Shown here piece by piece: positions 8,923 to 18,430 of a stretch of 64,000 nt of DNA (within the stretch, counting starts at the first letter, position 1; each line of letters opens with the position of its first letter). The DNA comes from a virus. A model generated the notes under the pieces. That model saw nothing but the letters and a program-made list of their open reading frames with translations. It was not told the DNA's origin and did no database searches. The translations under genes and the position numbers were made by a program. Location: positions 114,234-178,233 of the IMG/VR virus record IMGVR_UViG_3300025108_000015; one strand, 5' to 3'.

Positions 8923-11013
8923 ATGATTTATAGAATATATCCAAAAAAAGACGCAACCATATACGAAGACTCCGCTCGTAAAAATCAAAACACGGGTAAG
9001 GATGAGATTCTTGAAATCGGTAAGTTTTACGATACTGATAACACCTCTTTATTGGGTAATAGTAGAGCACTCATTGAATTTGATTTAAAAGAAATATCAT
9101 CTTCAATAGCCAATGGGGACATCACATCACCACAATATAGATTGAGAGTTGAGAATATTGAAAGTCGTGAAATTCAATCTGAATACGACTTATTTGTATA
9201 TCCGTTATATGAGGGGTTTACCGAAGGACTTGGTTCTCAAGATGACAAACCACACAATGAATCAGATGTTAGTTGGGTAACACGAAGTTTATCAGAAGGG
9301 TGGGATATATTGAATTCCACAGTTGGTAAGCCAGTTGACCCATCATTAATTCCAGCACTTGAAACTTACTACAACTTTAATTCAAATGCAGGTAACTTTG
9401 AGTTAGTTGAACCAATACTTGGTACTGATGGTAGTTCACCATCATTACAAGCAATCGATGGGGCATTGGTGTTATCGGCATCCAACTATGGTGGTGGAAC
9501 TGCCGCTCTATCCTCATCATTGGATGAAGGTAAAGTCTACACAATATCATTTGACGCAAAGCAATTGTCGTTATCTGGAATTGATTTTAGAGTATATAAG
9601 CCAGATGGTTCATATTATGATGATAGTGAAGTTAGTGGTTATTTTGATTCATTATTGGGTAGTAAATCATATGAGATGTCATTCACAGGCTCGGCTGCTG
9701 TAAATGGTAATAAGATACATAAAGTCTTATTTACATTCTTTGATGATAATGGTAGTAACGGGTCGGATGGTCAGCTTGATAACTTCTTCGTATACAGTAA
9801 TGTAGAGAATGATGTAATATTTCTTGACCAATTCAATATAGATGGTGACCTACCATCTACGTATGTTGTAAATGACATTATTTTAAGTGAACACCAATCT
9901 AAACAAATCACCACTATTAAAGATGGTGTACTGATAATGTCAGCGTCAAATTTCGGTGGTGCTACATTAAATCGTAAAGCAACATTACAAGACACACTAA
10001 TATACACAGCAAGTTTTAGTATAGATCCAGGAACAATACATACAAGTTCAGCTGATGGGTCTCCATCCGGTATTGTATTTAGTATTCAAGAACCTGATGG
10101 TAGGCTTTTAGACTCGTCTGAATATTTACAAAACTCATATGTATCAAACTTAACATCGTCAAACGATGTCACGGTATTTTTTAAAGCACAACAGGATGGG
10201 AATCACAACTTTAGATTTACATTCTTTGGTAGTGGTAGTGGTGATTTTAGTGGGTCTTTAGATAATTTCTCACTCAAAACCCCAAATGTATTAACGTCTT
10301 CATATTATACTGATTTTAAATACGATGCGCACTGGATTTCTAATCAAGGTGGTGGTACATGGTTTACTTCATCATTCAACACAGGTAAACATTACTACCA
10401 ATCTTTTGATAAGTACACGTCTAATTTGGATGTCGAAGTAACTGATTATGTAAATGATTGGTTGGATGGTACACGAACCAATAATGGTTTCATTGTTAAA
10501 AAATCTAAAACGGATGAACAATCAACAACTAAGTTTGGTTCAATCAAATTCTTCTCGTCAGATACCAACACAATCTATCCACCGGTATTAGAAGTAAGAT
10601 GGGATGGTGATTCATTCGATACGGGTGCACTATCCGCGCTGAGTGGTGATGATATCATACTATATGTTAAGAATTTGTCAACTGAGTATAAAGAAAGTTC
10701 CAAAGCCAAGATTAGAGTCTATGGTAGAGAACGTTTTCCGGCACGTACATTTTCATCAACATCAAATTACAAATTGGTTAAATACCTACCAGCTACCTCA
10801 TACTACTCGGTAGTTGATGCTGAAACAGAACAGGTAATTATTCCGTTCGACACTACTTATACTAAGGTGGGTTGTGACTCCGAAGGTAACTATTTTAACT
10901 TTTGGTTTAATGGACTTCAACCGGAACGATTCTATAAGTTTATATTTAGGGTAGACCAGAATAGTACAACAAAATATTATGATGATAACTTCTATTTTAA
11001 GGTGGTTAGATAA
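8923..11013 (+). CDS. Virion protein with a DNRLRE-like domain interrupted by two beta-sandwich repeats
   Basis: KDATIYE ... NTGKDEILE ... RALIEFDL N-half and DVTDYVNDW ... NNGFIVK ... FFSSD ... PVLEV C-half; internal duplication (SASNYGGG / SASNFGGA). Confidence 0.55.
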   Translation: MIYRIYPKKDATIYEDSARKNQNTGKDEILEIGKFYDTDNTSLLGNSRALIEFDLKEISSSIANGDITSPQYRLRVENIESREIQSEYDLFVYPLYEGFTEGLGSQDDKPHNESDVSWVTRSLSEGWDILNSTVGKPVDPSLIPALETYYNFNSNAGNFELVEPILGTDGSSPSLQAIDGALVLSASNYGGGTAALSSSLDEGKVYTISFDAKQLSLSGIDFRVYKPDGSYYDDSEVSGYFDSLLGSKSYEMSFTGSAAVNGNKIHKVLFTFFDDNGSNGSDGQLDNFFVYSNVENDVIFLDQFNIDGDLPSTYVVNDIILSEHQSKQITTIKDGVLIMSASNFGGATLNRKATLQDTLIYTASFSIDPGTIHTSSADGSPSGIVFSIQEPDGRLLDSSEYLQNSYVSNLTSSNDVTVFFKAQQDGNHNFRFTFFGSGSGDFSGSLDNFSLKTPNVLTSSYYTDFKYDAHWISNQGGGTWFTSSFNTGKHYYQSFDKYTSNLDVEVTDYVNDWLDGTRTNNGFIVKKSKTDEQSTTKFGSIKFFSSDTNTIYPPVLEVRWDGDSFDTGALSALSGDDIILYVKNLSTEYKESSKAKIRVYGRERFPARTFSSTSNYKLVKYLPATSYYSVVDAETEQVIIPFDTTYTKVGCDSEGNYFNFWFNGLQPERFYKFIFRVDQNSTTKYYDDNFYFKVVR

Positions 11014-11519
11014 TGAATAAACGTGGCGTAAGACGTAATGGTAGAGGTCAGATAATCTCATACGAGATTGATGGCGCATCCGATTCTAATGTAGATTCAC
11101 AAATATATGGTGATGTTACACTTACATCGGATGATAATAATTATAGTAGTACTATAAAGCATGACTTGATACAAAGGTCAAGTCGGCCATTTTTTAATTC
11201 AGACCAGCAGCCAATATCTGTTTCGTATGAAACGTATACTGATGTTGAATTTTCTGATGAGTTTATAAATGAAGTAGATATTAAGGAACCACGTGATGTG
11301 TTTGCTGTATTTACGTTCCAATCTTTAGTAAGAAATATAAATGAAGGTGTGGTAGGCCCAACGGCAGGTCCAACCGGCCCACAAGGTACGACAGGTCCAA
11401 CAACAGGTTTTGGTTCAACAACTCCAACGACAGGTTTTGGCTCAACCGGTCCAGGCCGACCATCCCCAACACCGTCACCAAGCGGACCTTCGGGTGGTGG
11501 ATTTAAAGGCGGACTATAA
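11013..11519 (+). CDS. Hypothetical protein with a Gly/Pro/Thr-rich C-terminal tail
   Basis: Coupled to the upstream gene by TAATG; tail GPTAGPTGPQGTTGPTTGFGSTTPTTGFGS. Confidence 0.65.
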   Translation: MNKRGVRRNGRGQIISYEIDGASDSNVDSQIYGDVTLTSDDNNYSSTIKHDLIQRSSRPFFNSDQQPISVSYETYTDVEFSDEFINEVDIKEPRDVFAVFTFQSLVRNINEGVVGPTAGPTGPQGTTGPTTGFGSTTPTTGFGSTGPGRPSPTPSPSGPSGGGFKGGL

Positions 11520-11522
11520 TAT

Positions 11523-14500
11523 ATGTCATTGGATAGATTTAAAAATAAAGAAGAAGTTGTTGGGTTCGTTCCAACCTATGGAAACACATTTAACGATGGT
11601 GTCGATGGTACTCTTAGACCATTAACTGTAAATGATGTTGATGGTACACTTGCGCCCGGAGTTTTATCAAAACTCAGACCCAACATGGAACGTCATGTAT
11701 ATTCTGGTGAAAACTTATTAAAGTCAACATACAAACTACCAATACCATATTCTGAAAATGGTAACACGTATCCACTAATAACATTACAGCCTGAGAAAGA
11801 TATCCGTGATGATGGATACTTACAAGGAGTTTATAGTATAGTTTACAACTTCATGCATAAATTAAATGATGGTGTAAAAGTTAAAGCTATTGGTGGTGAT
11901 AGGACTGAAGTATTACTTACTGTAAAAGACCCATACCAAATTTCGGAAGCGTCTATCATTAATGGGAACGTGGGTTCAAGTATTAACAAGCCAGTTATCA
12001 CTTCTAATGGAAATCCGGTGGTTGCCAATGCATTGTCAGCGAAATCACTCATGACCGCGTTTCAGTTACCATCCGGACCTATTAATATCAACCCCAATCC
12101 ACTTCCTCGTGATTTTGAAACACTAAAAGACTTATACTTCCAGCGAGCAAACACTGATTCTACCTTTACACAAAATAGACCTGACTTTGTATTGAACTTA
12201 GGTGATAACAATATAATTGATATTGCAAGTGTGTATTTTGACCAAACACGTGTAGGGTTAGAGTTGACTGAGAAATCATATCCAAATCGTGGTGGTAGAT
12301 ATAACCACGATGGTGGTGGTTTGATTTCAACCACGTATGTACCATTCGATAGACTATCAGAAAAGTTAGGTGTATTTACTGAATTTTTAGAAATATACAC
12401 ACCAGCTATCGGTGAACCAACCAAGGTGACTGATGAAAACGGAAATACATTCAATGCTGCTGGGCGCATGACAGGTCGATGGAGAAGATTTTCACTATAC
12501 TATGATGACAATAACCAACTTCAATGGAATGGGGCTAGAACATTTGACATCAATCAAGGTGACTCTAATTTACCAGCAGTAACCCAAGCCCGAAGTGTAA
12601 GGGTTATTGAAACTGGCAAAAAAACTAATACTGATTTAAGTAAACTATACTTAACATACAAAAAATATAATACTGATTTTGCATTTGATGTGAAGGATAT
12701 TGTTGTTAAGTTAGCATCACCATTACCCGATAATATAGTTGTTAATAATTTAGTAGAATTAGATGCACGTATTAAAGAAAGTTGGGTAGAGAAGTTAGTT
12801 ATATTTCCAAGTATAGCTAATGTAAGTAGACCTAACTTTTCACAACCCAACTTTGAGTTAGATATGTCTGATGTTAAAAGTGCGGGTGGTACAGAATGGC
12901 AGAATTGGAACTCGTTGTTAGACGTAAACGCAACAACGTCACAACAATTAATAAATAAATATTTTAGTGGGTCGTTGGGTTCTATTGACTTAAACATAGA
13001 CTATTCTGATTTTAAAAATTATGTACATTTTTCATCCGCAACTGAACGTGTAGATAATTTCTTATACAAATTACAGCAAATCGAAGCTTACGATTCACGA
13101 ATAAACACATTACTTAACGTTAGTGGTTCTGAAGCTATAACCAATATATCTCAATCAATGGTCCGAAGAGATACGTTGATTGGTGGTTTCGATGGATTTG
13201 AAAACCACTTGTATTATTCTGAACAACAAAGTAACTATACCCACTGGTCGTCATCAATATATACTATTAAACCATACCCTAAACAATCAACATTTCCTCA
13301 TGTGTTAAAACCAACTACATCTGTTGAAGGTACAACTTGGTATCAAAACACATACGCTAGCGCATCGTTGTTTGATGAATTTAATGATGCTTCTCTTAGA
13401 AATTCGATACCAATTTACCTAAAAGCAGACCCTCGTAATACAGAGTATATCACATTCGTAGATATGATTGGCCAACACTTTGATATTCAGTGGACATATA
13501 TCAACGCATTAACGAGTATAAATGAACGAGAAGAACACTTCAATGATGGTATGCCTGATGAGGTACTAAAGTCGGTAGCAGACTCTCTTGGGTGGAAATT
13601 GTCAACAGGATATTCAGACGTATCTCTTTGGAAATATGCATTGGGTGTTAATGCGGATGGAACTAAATCACAAACCGGTACGTTGGAATCTAAGCCACGT
13701 GAGCAAATAACACATGAGATTTGGAGACGTATTGTAAATACAATTCCCATGTTGTACAAGACGAAGGGGACTGCTCGTTCAATTAAAGCACTACTATCCA
13801 CATACGGAATCCCACAGGCATTCTTGAAGATTCGTGAGTGGGGTGGTCCTACGATATCCACTCGTAAAAGTGTTTATGAGCAAGAACGATTTGTAAACAA
13901 ACTACAAGCGTCACCATCTAAATATATTTCAAATCCATGGGATGATATACAGTCTGATAGACCAAACTCAATTGAGGTTATTGGTAAAATGCCTAAAGGT
14001 AATTATCATATCTTACGATTGAGTGATACATCTGATAATGTAGATTTATTTTGGGACTACTTAAATGAAACCGCAAGGCTTAGGTTACGTGTAAATAGTA
14101 CTGATATCATATCATCATCATATGTTCCTTATAAAGAACGTAGAGAAGTTGCGATATCTTTGAATTCAAGTTCAATTGACATCAACGCTGCGTGGGTTGA
14201 TGATTGGGGTGAACTACTCGCAAACCCAACAGCAACATTAAGTGGTGGTAACTCAACATTCAATAGTGTATGGACCTCAACGGGAACAGTTCAAGTACCT
14301 GGTCCTACAACGGATACAAATGTAAACTCATATGAGACCGCAAGTATTCAAGAGATTAGATATTTCAGAGATACTATCTCAAATGAAATCATAACCGAAC
14401 ACGCTAAGAATAGAGAAGCATATTTTAGTGATGACAACACAACTGATTTAGATATTGATACTTCATTCGATAAGTTGATGTATCGAATATTTCCAGATAG

Positions 14501-15863
14501 TGGATTCAAAACCAATAGTGGTTCTATAAGCTCCATACACCCAAATCAAAGATTTACATCATCTGATACTGGATTAGTGTTGTCAGCATCATTAGTAAAT
14601 ATGAAGCCATCTGATTTAGTTGGTGAAGTTGATACTCAGTATGTTACCATACCATCAATGGGTGCATTAAATCTGATGAACAACAAAATTAGAATTGAAT
14701 CATCTTCATTAAAAGGTCCATTGAGTATAGATAAATCAAATGAGGTATCTCAGTTCGATTATGCTCCAGTTGATTCTAATTTATTAGGTACTTACTTCTC
14801 AACAACCGACACTGTAAACTCGGACATATATAATTCTGAGGGATATTTCGAAGCTGATGATTGGGTGGGTGATACTGATAAGAGATATAATGAGGATTAC
14901 CCATTACTAAAGTATAGAGCTAAGAATTATTTCCAAAAATACACTACGGGTACTTCATTGGATTTGATTATGGATATGTTATCTCGTTATGATATGTCTG
15001 TATTCGACCAAATAAAACAACTAATTCCAGCACGTGTGGATTGGCATAAGGGTATATTGATAGAACCTCATGTGTTTGAACGTAATAAGTTTCAGAGAGA
15101 ACGTGGTGTGTCTATATCTAGCCATTATTATGAAGGTACTATATCAGTAGGTGATGGTATAATTACAGCAAGTAGAAACGATTATGGTTTAAGTAGTGGG
15201 TCATCTCGTCCAGATGGGGTTGTGAGTCTATATGATTACGAACCATCTACTTATAAATTTGACATTGCTACTTTGAGTGGGGATACCTACGTAACACGAT
15301 ATAATGGTTATTGGGAGTACTCCCCAACCGGTTCCACTATTTTAGAGGCTCGACCTTCTAAAATATATTTAGAACCAAAATACTTCTTCGCTACTAATGA
15401 AGATGCTGTGACAATGACACCGAATTCAACTTCGTTTCATTATACGGATGTACAAGACACTAGACTACCACTTTCATTTCAAAACCTATTTTATAATGGT
15501 TGTAAGGTAAGTAGTGATTCGTTAACCACGGATTCACAAGACACACCCGATGGTGGGCCGGTAGTTGAAATAACAAAAGTAGACCCGAACGTTATAGTAT
15601 TCTCTGGTCAAACTGGAGATGTGTTAGCTAACGAACAAAAAACAAAACCAAAATTAGTTAGTATCATGCCGGCTGACGCATTGATTTCGGTTAAAAAAGA
15701 AAACGATAAACTAAAACGACAATTACCATCCGCTGACCTTGAAAGGCAATCGTTAAAACCACTACCATTTGTAGTGAAATTGCCAAAACCTAAGTTTAGA
15801 TTTAAAGAAAATACAGAAAATAAATTACTAAAAGGTATACTAAAAAGGTTTAATCGGAGATGA
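11523..15863 (+). CDS. Large baseplate wedge/tail protein (gp7 / P2 gpI-like segment)
   Basis: MIGQHFD ... VADSLGW ... EIWRRIVNTIPMLYKTKGTARSIKALLSTYGIP; position in the baseplate cluster. Confidence 0.6.
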   Translation: MSLDRFKNKEEVVGFVPTYGNTFNDGVDGTLRPLTVNDVDGTLAPGVLSKLRPNMERHVYSGENLLKSTYKLPIPYSENGNTYPLITLQPEKDIRDDGYLQGVYSIVYNFMHKLNDGVKVKAIGGDRTEVLLTVKDPYQISEASIINGNVGSSINKPVITSNGNPVVANALSAKSLMTAFQLPSGPININPNPLPRDFETLKDLYFQRANTDSTFTQNRPDFVLNLGDNNIIDIASVYFDQTRVGLELTEKSYPNRGGRYNHDGGGLISTTYVPFDRLSEKLGVFTEFLEIYTPAIGEPTKVTDENGNTFNAAGRMTGRWRRFSLYYDDNNQLQWNGARTFDINQGDSNLPAVTQARSVRVIETGKKTNTDLSKLYLTYKKYNTDFAFDVKDIVVKLASPLPDNIVVNNLVELDARIKESWVEKLVIFPSIANVSRPNFSQPNFELDMSDVKSAGGTEWQNWNSLLDVNATTSQQLINKYFSGSLGSIDLNIDYSDFKNYVHFSSATERVDNFLYKLQQIEAYDSRINTLLNVSGSEAITNISQSMVRRDTLIGGFDGFENHLYYSEQQSNYTHWSSSIYTIKPYPKQSTFPHVLKPTTSVEGTTWYQNTYASASLFDEFNDASLRNSIPIYLKADPRNTEYITFVDMIGQHFDIQWTYINALTSINEREEHFNDGMPDEVLKSVADSLGWKLSTGYSDVSLWKYALGVNADGTKSQTGTLESKPREQITHEIWRRIVNTIPMLYKTKGTARSIKALLSTYGIPQAFLKIREWGGPTISTRKSVYEQERFVNKLQASPSKYISNPWDDIQSDRPNSIEVIGKMPKGNYHILRLSDTSDNVDLFWDYLNETARLRLRVNSTDIISSSYVPYKERREVAISLNSSSIDINAAWVDDWGELLANPTATLSGGNSTFNSVWTSTGTVQVPGPTTDTNVNSYETASIQEIRYFRDTISNEIITEHAKNREAYFSDDNTTDLDIDTSFDKLMYRIFPDSGFKTNSGSISSIHPNQRFTSSDTGLVLSASLVNMKPSDLVGEVDTQYVTIPSMGALNLMNNKIRIESSSLKGPLSIDKSNEVSQFDYAPVDSNLLGTYFSTTDTVNSDIYNSEGYFEADDWVGDTDKRYNEDYPLLKYRAKNYFQKYTTGTSLDLIMDMLSRYDMSVFDQIKQLIPARVDWHKGILIEPHVFERNKFQRERGVSISSHYYEGTISVGDGIITASRNDYGLSSGSSRPDGVVSLYDYEPSTYKFDIATLSGDTYVTRYNGYWEYSPTGSTILEARPSKIYLEPKYFFATNEDAVTMTPNSTSFHYTDVQDTRLPLSFQNLFYNGCKVSSDSLTTDSQDTPDGGPVVEITKVDPNVIVFSGQTGDVLANEQKTKPKLVSIMPADALISVKKENDKLKRQLPSADLERQSLKPLPFVVKLPKPKFRFKENTENKLLKGILKRFNRR

Positions 15864-15886
15864 TATGGTTAAATAAAATAAAAAAC

Positions 15887-15896
15887 CATATTTATA
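15887..15896 (+). promoter_or_regulatory. Putative late promoter motif
   Basis: CATATTTATA upstream of 15919. Confidence 0.55.
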
Positions 15897-15918
15897 TACA
15901 AATAATAGGAAAGAGAAC

Positions 15919-16596
15919 ATGGGATTTTTAGACAATTCATCAGTAACAGTAGACGCTATTCTGACCAAAAAGGGTAGAGAGTTATTAGCAGAGGGACGTG
16001 ACAAGTTCCAAATCACCCAATTCGCATTAGCGGATGATGAGGTTGATTACGAACTATGGAATCCAGCACACTCGTTGGGTTCTGACTACTATGGTATCAT
16101 CATTGAGAATATGCCTGTAATAGAGGCAATCACTGATGAAAACTATGCAATGAAATACAAATTACTTTCATTACCAAAAACGACCACAAGGTTACCATTT
16201 ATATCAGTGTCACCATCAACTATCACTTTAGATGAAGGTGTAAACAATACTATCATGTCGGTGGTAACTAAAAATGGTGGTAACGAAAACTTAGGTTATA
16301 CAGCAATTCTACTTAACAAAGATGCTGGTAGTATTAGTGGTAATGCTGGTGTTCCTGGAAACATAACTCCAATCATAAATGTTGGTACATACAATACCAA
16401 TCAATCACAAACTGTTGTGGGTAAAAATCAATTTACATTCCAATCGGCGGCTAATCTACCAAACGATACCGCAATTTCAACTCGTGTAGTTATCATAGGT
16501 AATGAAACTGGTGGTAGAACTGAGATTGACATAACTGTTAATCCGGTGACTGACGCACAAACAGCAGTAGTGGTTGTAAATAATAATTTAGCTTAA
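15919..16596 (+). CDS. Putative baseplate/tail structural protein
   Basis: AILTKKGRELLA ... ITQFALADD resembles the start of P2 gpH-type fibre-attachment domains; Ig-like C-terminal half. Confidence 0.5.
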   Translation: MGFLDNSSVTVDAILTKKGRELLAEGRDKFQITQFALADDEVDYELWNPAHSLGSDYYGIIIENMPVIEAITDENYAMKYKLLSLPKTTTRLPFISVSPSTITLDEGVNNTIMSVVTKNGGNENLGYTAILLNKDAGSISGNAGVPGNITPIINVGTYNTNQSQTVVGKNQFTFQSAANLPNDTAISTRVVIIGNETGGRTEIDITVNPVTDAQTAVVVVNNNLA

Positions 16597-16612
16597 AAAA
16601 TAGGATAATAAA

Positions 16613-17851
16613 ATGGCAGTACAATCGATAGGTAATACAGGTGGTGGAGGTGGTGGCAACCGCGGAAACCAAGGACCATCTGCTGGCCCAAGCGGTACAT
16701 CAGGTGGTAATAGGGGTGGTTCTCAAAGACCTTCTATTAGTAGGGGAAATCTTCCTGGTCTTGCTCAAGCAGAAACTCTTGCTCAAATTCAAGCAATAGA
16801 TACAGTAGAAAACCAAACTCCGGTAATCCCTGCAGGTGCATATGATTATGGTAGTGGTAAAGTATATACTGCTTTTACTGTCGAAGACATTGTAGAGGGA
16901 AATACACAAAGAATCACACGTGGTTTATGGAGTGGTAAGGTCGGTGAACTAATAACATTCGCTACCTCATCGTTTCAATCGGATACTCAAAAACAATACT
17001 ACCATGAGATATATAATGGAGACCCAACGGATTCAACGAAAGAATCTCAGTTCTCAGTTGCATATGGGCACTACGCTGGTAGTGGTTCATCTAATGATGG
17101 TTCTAATGAAGATTCACCATCAAACGCAATGTACTCACAATTTCAACAAGTATTGTTACCATCTAACCAAACACGATTTACATTTAACGATGTAACTCAA
17201 GATGACGTTTACATCCTAACAATTAATAGAGCCAGAATTAAAGATAAATTAGATCCTGGAAATTGGGAACTTGTATTATCGGGTTCTAATGGTGAGACCC
17301 TTAGACTTATTGATAATAGTGGTGACACTAATCAATTAGGAAACTCAAACAAAAATAAATACAACATCGTATCGGGTTCTTTAACTGATGGTGTACTTAC
17401 CGAGGATGAGGTCTTTGGAGAAGTATATCCTCAATTTGGTGTAATTGTATTATCAGCCGCAGCATTAGACGCTTCAGCATCATTTGGTACTATCAGAACA
17501 ACTAACACTGATGCACAAAACCATAATAAATTGTTTACAGCAATTAGTGGAGCTGCATTTGAGAATCCAGCAAACGGATTCCAAGCTAGAAGTGAAGAAG
17601 AAGTTAAATCAACATTCTTCTTTGTTAGAGCTAAAAATGGTGAATATAATTACTCAAACAACCCATCGTATGTTACGGGTTCAGTTGGTAAGTTAAGACA
17701 ACAAACATTTGTAGGTGACCCTAAGTCATACATTACTTCAGTTGGGTTGTATAACAATGACAATGAACTTTTAGCAATTGCAAAGTTATCTAAACCTTTA
17801 TTGAAATCATTCTCTAATGAAATTCTGATTAAGGTTAAGCTAGACTTTTAA
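16613..17851 (+). CDS. Putative baseplate/tail structural protein with a Gly-rich N-terminal extension
   Basis: C-terminal SNNPS ... YITSVGLYNNDNELLAIAKL domain shared with 18430..19893. Confidence 0.55.
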   Translation: MAVQSIGNTGGGGGGNRGNQGPSAGPSGTSGGNRGGSQRPSISRGNLPGLAQAETLAQIQAIDTVENQTPVIPAGAYDYGSGKVYTAFTVEDIVEGNTQRITRGLWSGKVGELITFATSSFQSDTQKQYYHEIYNGDPTDSTKESQFSVAYGHYAGSGSSNDGSNEDSPSNAMYSQFQQVLLPSNQTRFTFNDVTQDDVYILTINRARIKDKLDPGNWELVLSGSNGETLRLIDNSGDTNQLGNSNKNKYNIVSGSLTDGVLTEDEVFGEVYPQFGVIVLSAAALDASASFGTIRTTNTDAQNHNKLFTAISGAAFENPANGFQARSEEEVKSTFFFVRAKNGEYNYSNNPSYVTGSVGKLRQQTFVGDPKSYITSVGLYNNDNELLAIAKLSKPLLKSFSNEILIKVKLDF

Positions 17852-17863
17852 CGATGGTCACTC

Positions 17864-18430
17864 ATGGGAATAGCATTAAAAAAAATATTCAATGGTGGTA
17901 TTCAGAGAAGACCATTTAAAGCTCATAAAAGATATGAAGTTACGAATGTAAACCACTCATCATCTTTTGAGATTTCTGTACTTAGGGGTATTTCGGATAA
18001 TGGTACATTAACCGAAGTATCAACGTCAGTGTCGGGTGAAATTGGTGTAGATACATTTTTGACATCATCTCATGGTGTAACTGATGAATTAAATTCTATA
18101 CCACAATATATTGTATGGAATTCAATAAACTCCACATTCTTTAAAAGAAGAACTGATATTAAACTATACGATACAGCTTCAATAGTATCGATTCCACAAA
18201 ATAAATTTGGTGATGGTATAAAGCCGGGTTCTATTTCTATTATTGACAACTCAAATTACCCAGCATCGGCTATACGACTTTATGACCAAAAAGTTGATGA
18301 TGAATATGGATTACTAATCGCAAGTGAACAAACTGGATCGTCATATATTAAGTCAACCGATACTTTAGTTTATTTGGATTTTGAATCAGACACAAGTGAT
18401 AAATCTAACTTTGTAAATAGAATTGTGTAA
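17864..18430 (+). CDS. Structural protein, N-terminal part of a paralog of 16613..17851
   Basis: KFGDGIKPGSISI parallels RIKDKLDPGNWEL; TAATG overlap with the next ORF. Confidence 0.55.
   Translation: MGIALKKIFNGGIQRRPFKAHKRYEVTNVNHSSSFEISVLRGISDNGTLTEVSTSVSGEIGVDTFLTSSHGVTDELNSIPQYIVWNSINSTFFKRRTDIKLYDTASIVSIPQNKFGDGIKPGSISIIDNSNYPASAIRLYDQKVDDEYGLLIASEQTGSSYIKSTDTLVYLDFESDTSDKSNFVNRIV

Noticed and set aside
11370-11516. GPT/GPQ-rich tail of 11013..11519, and the Gly-rich N-terminus of 16613, as further collagens
   Set aside because: Only a few consecutive Gly-X-Y triplets; better explained as disordered low-complexity tails
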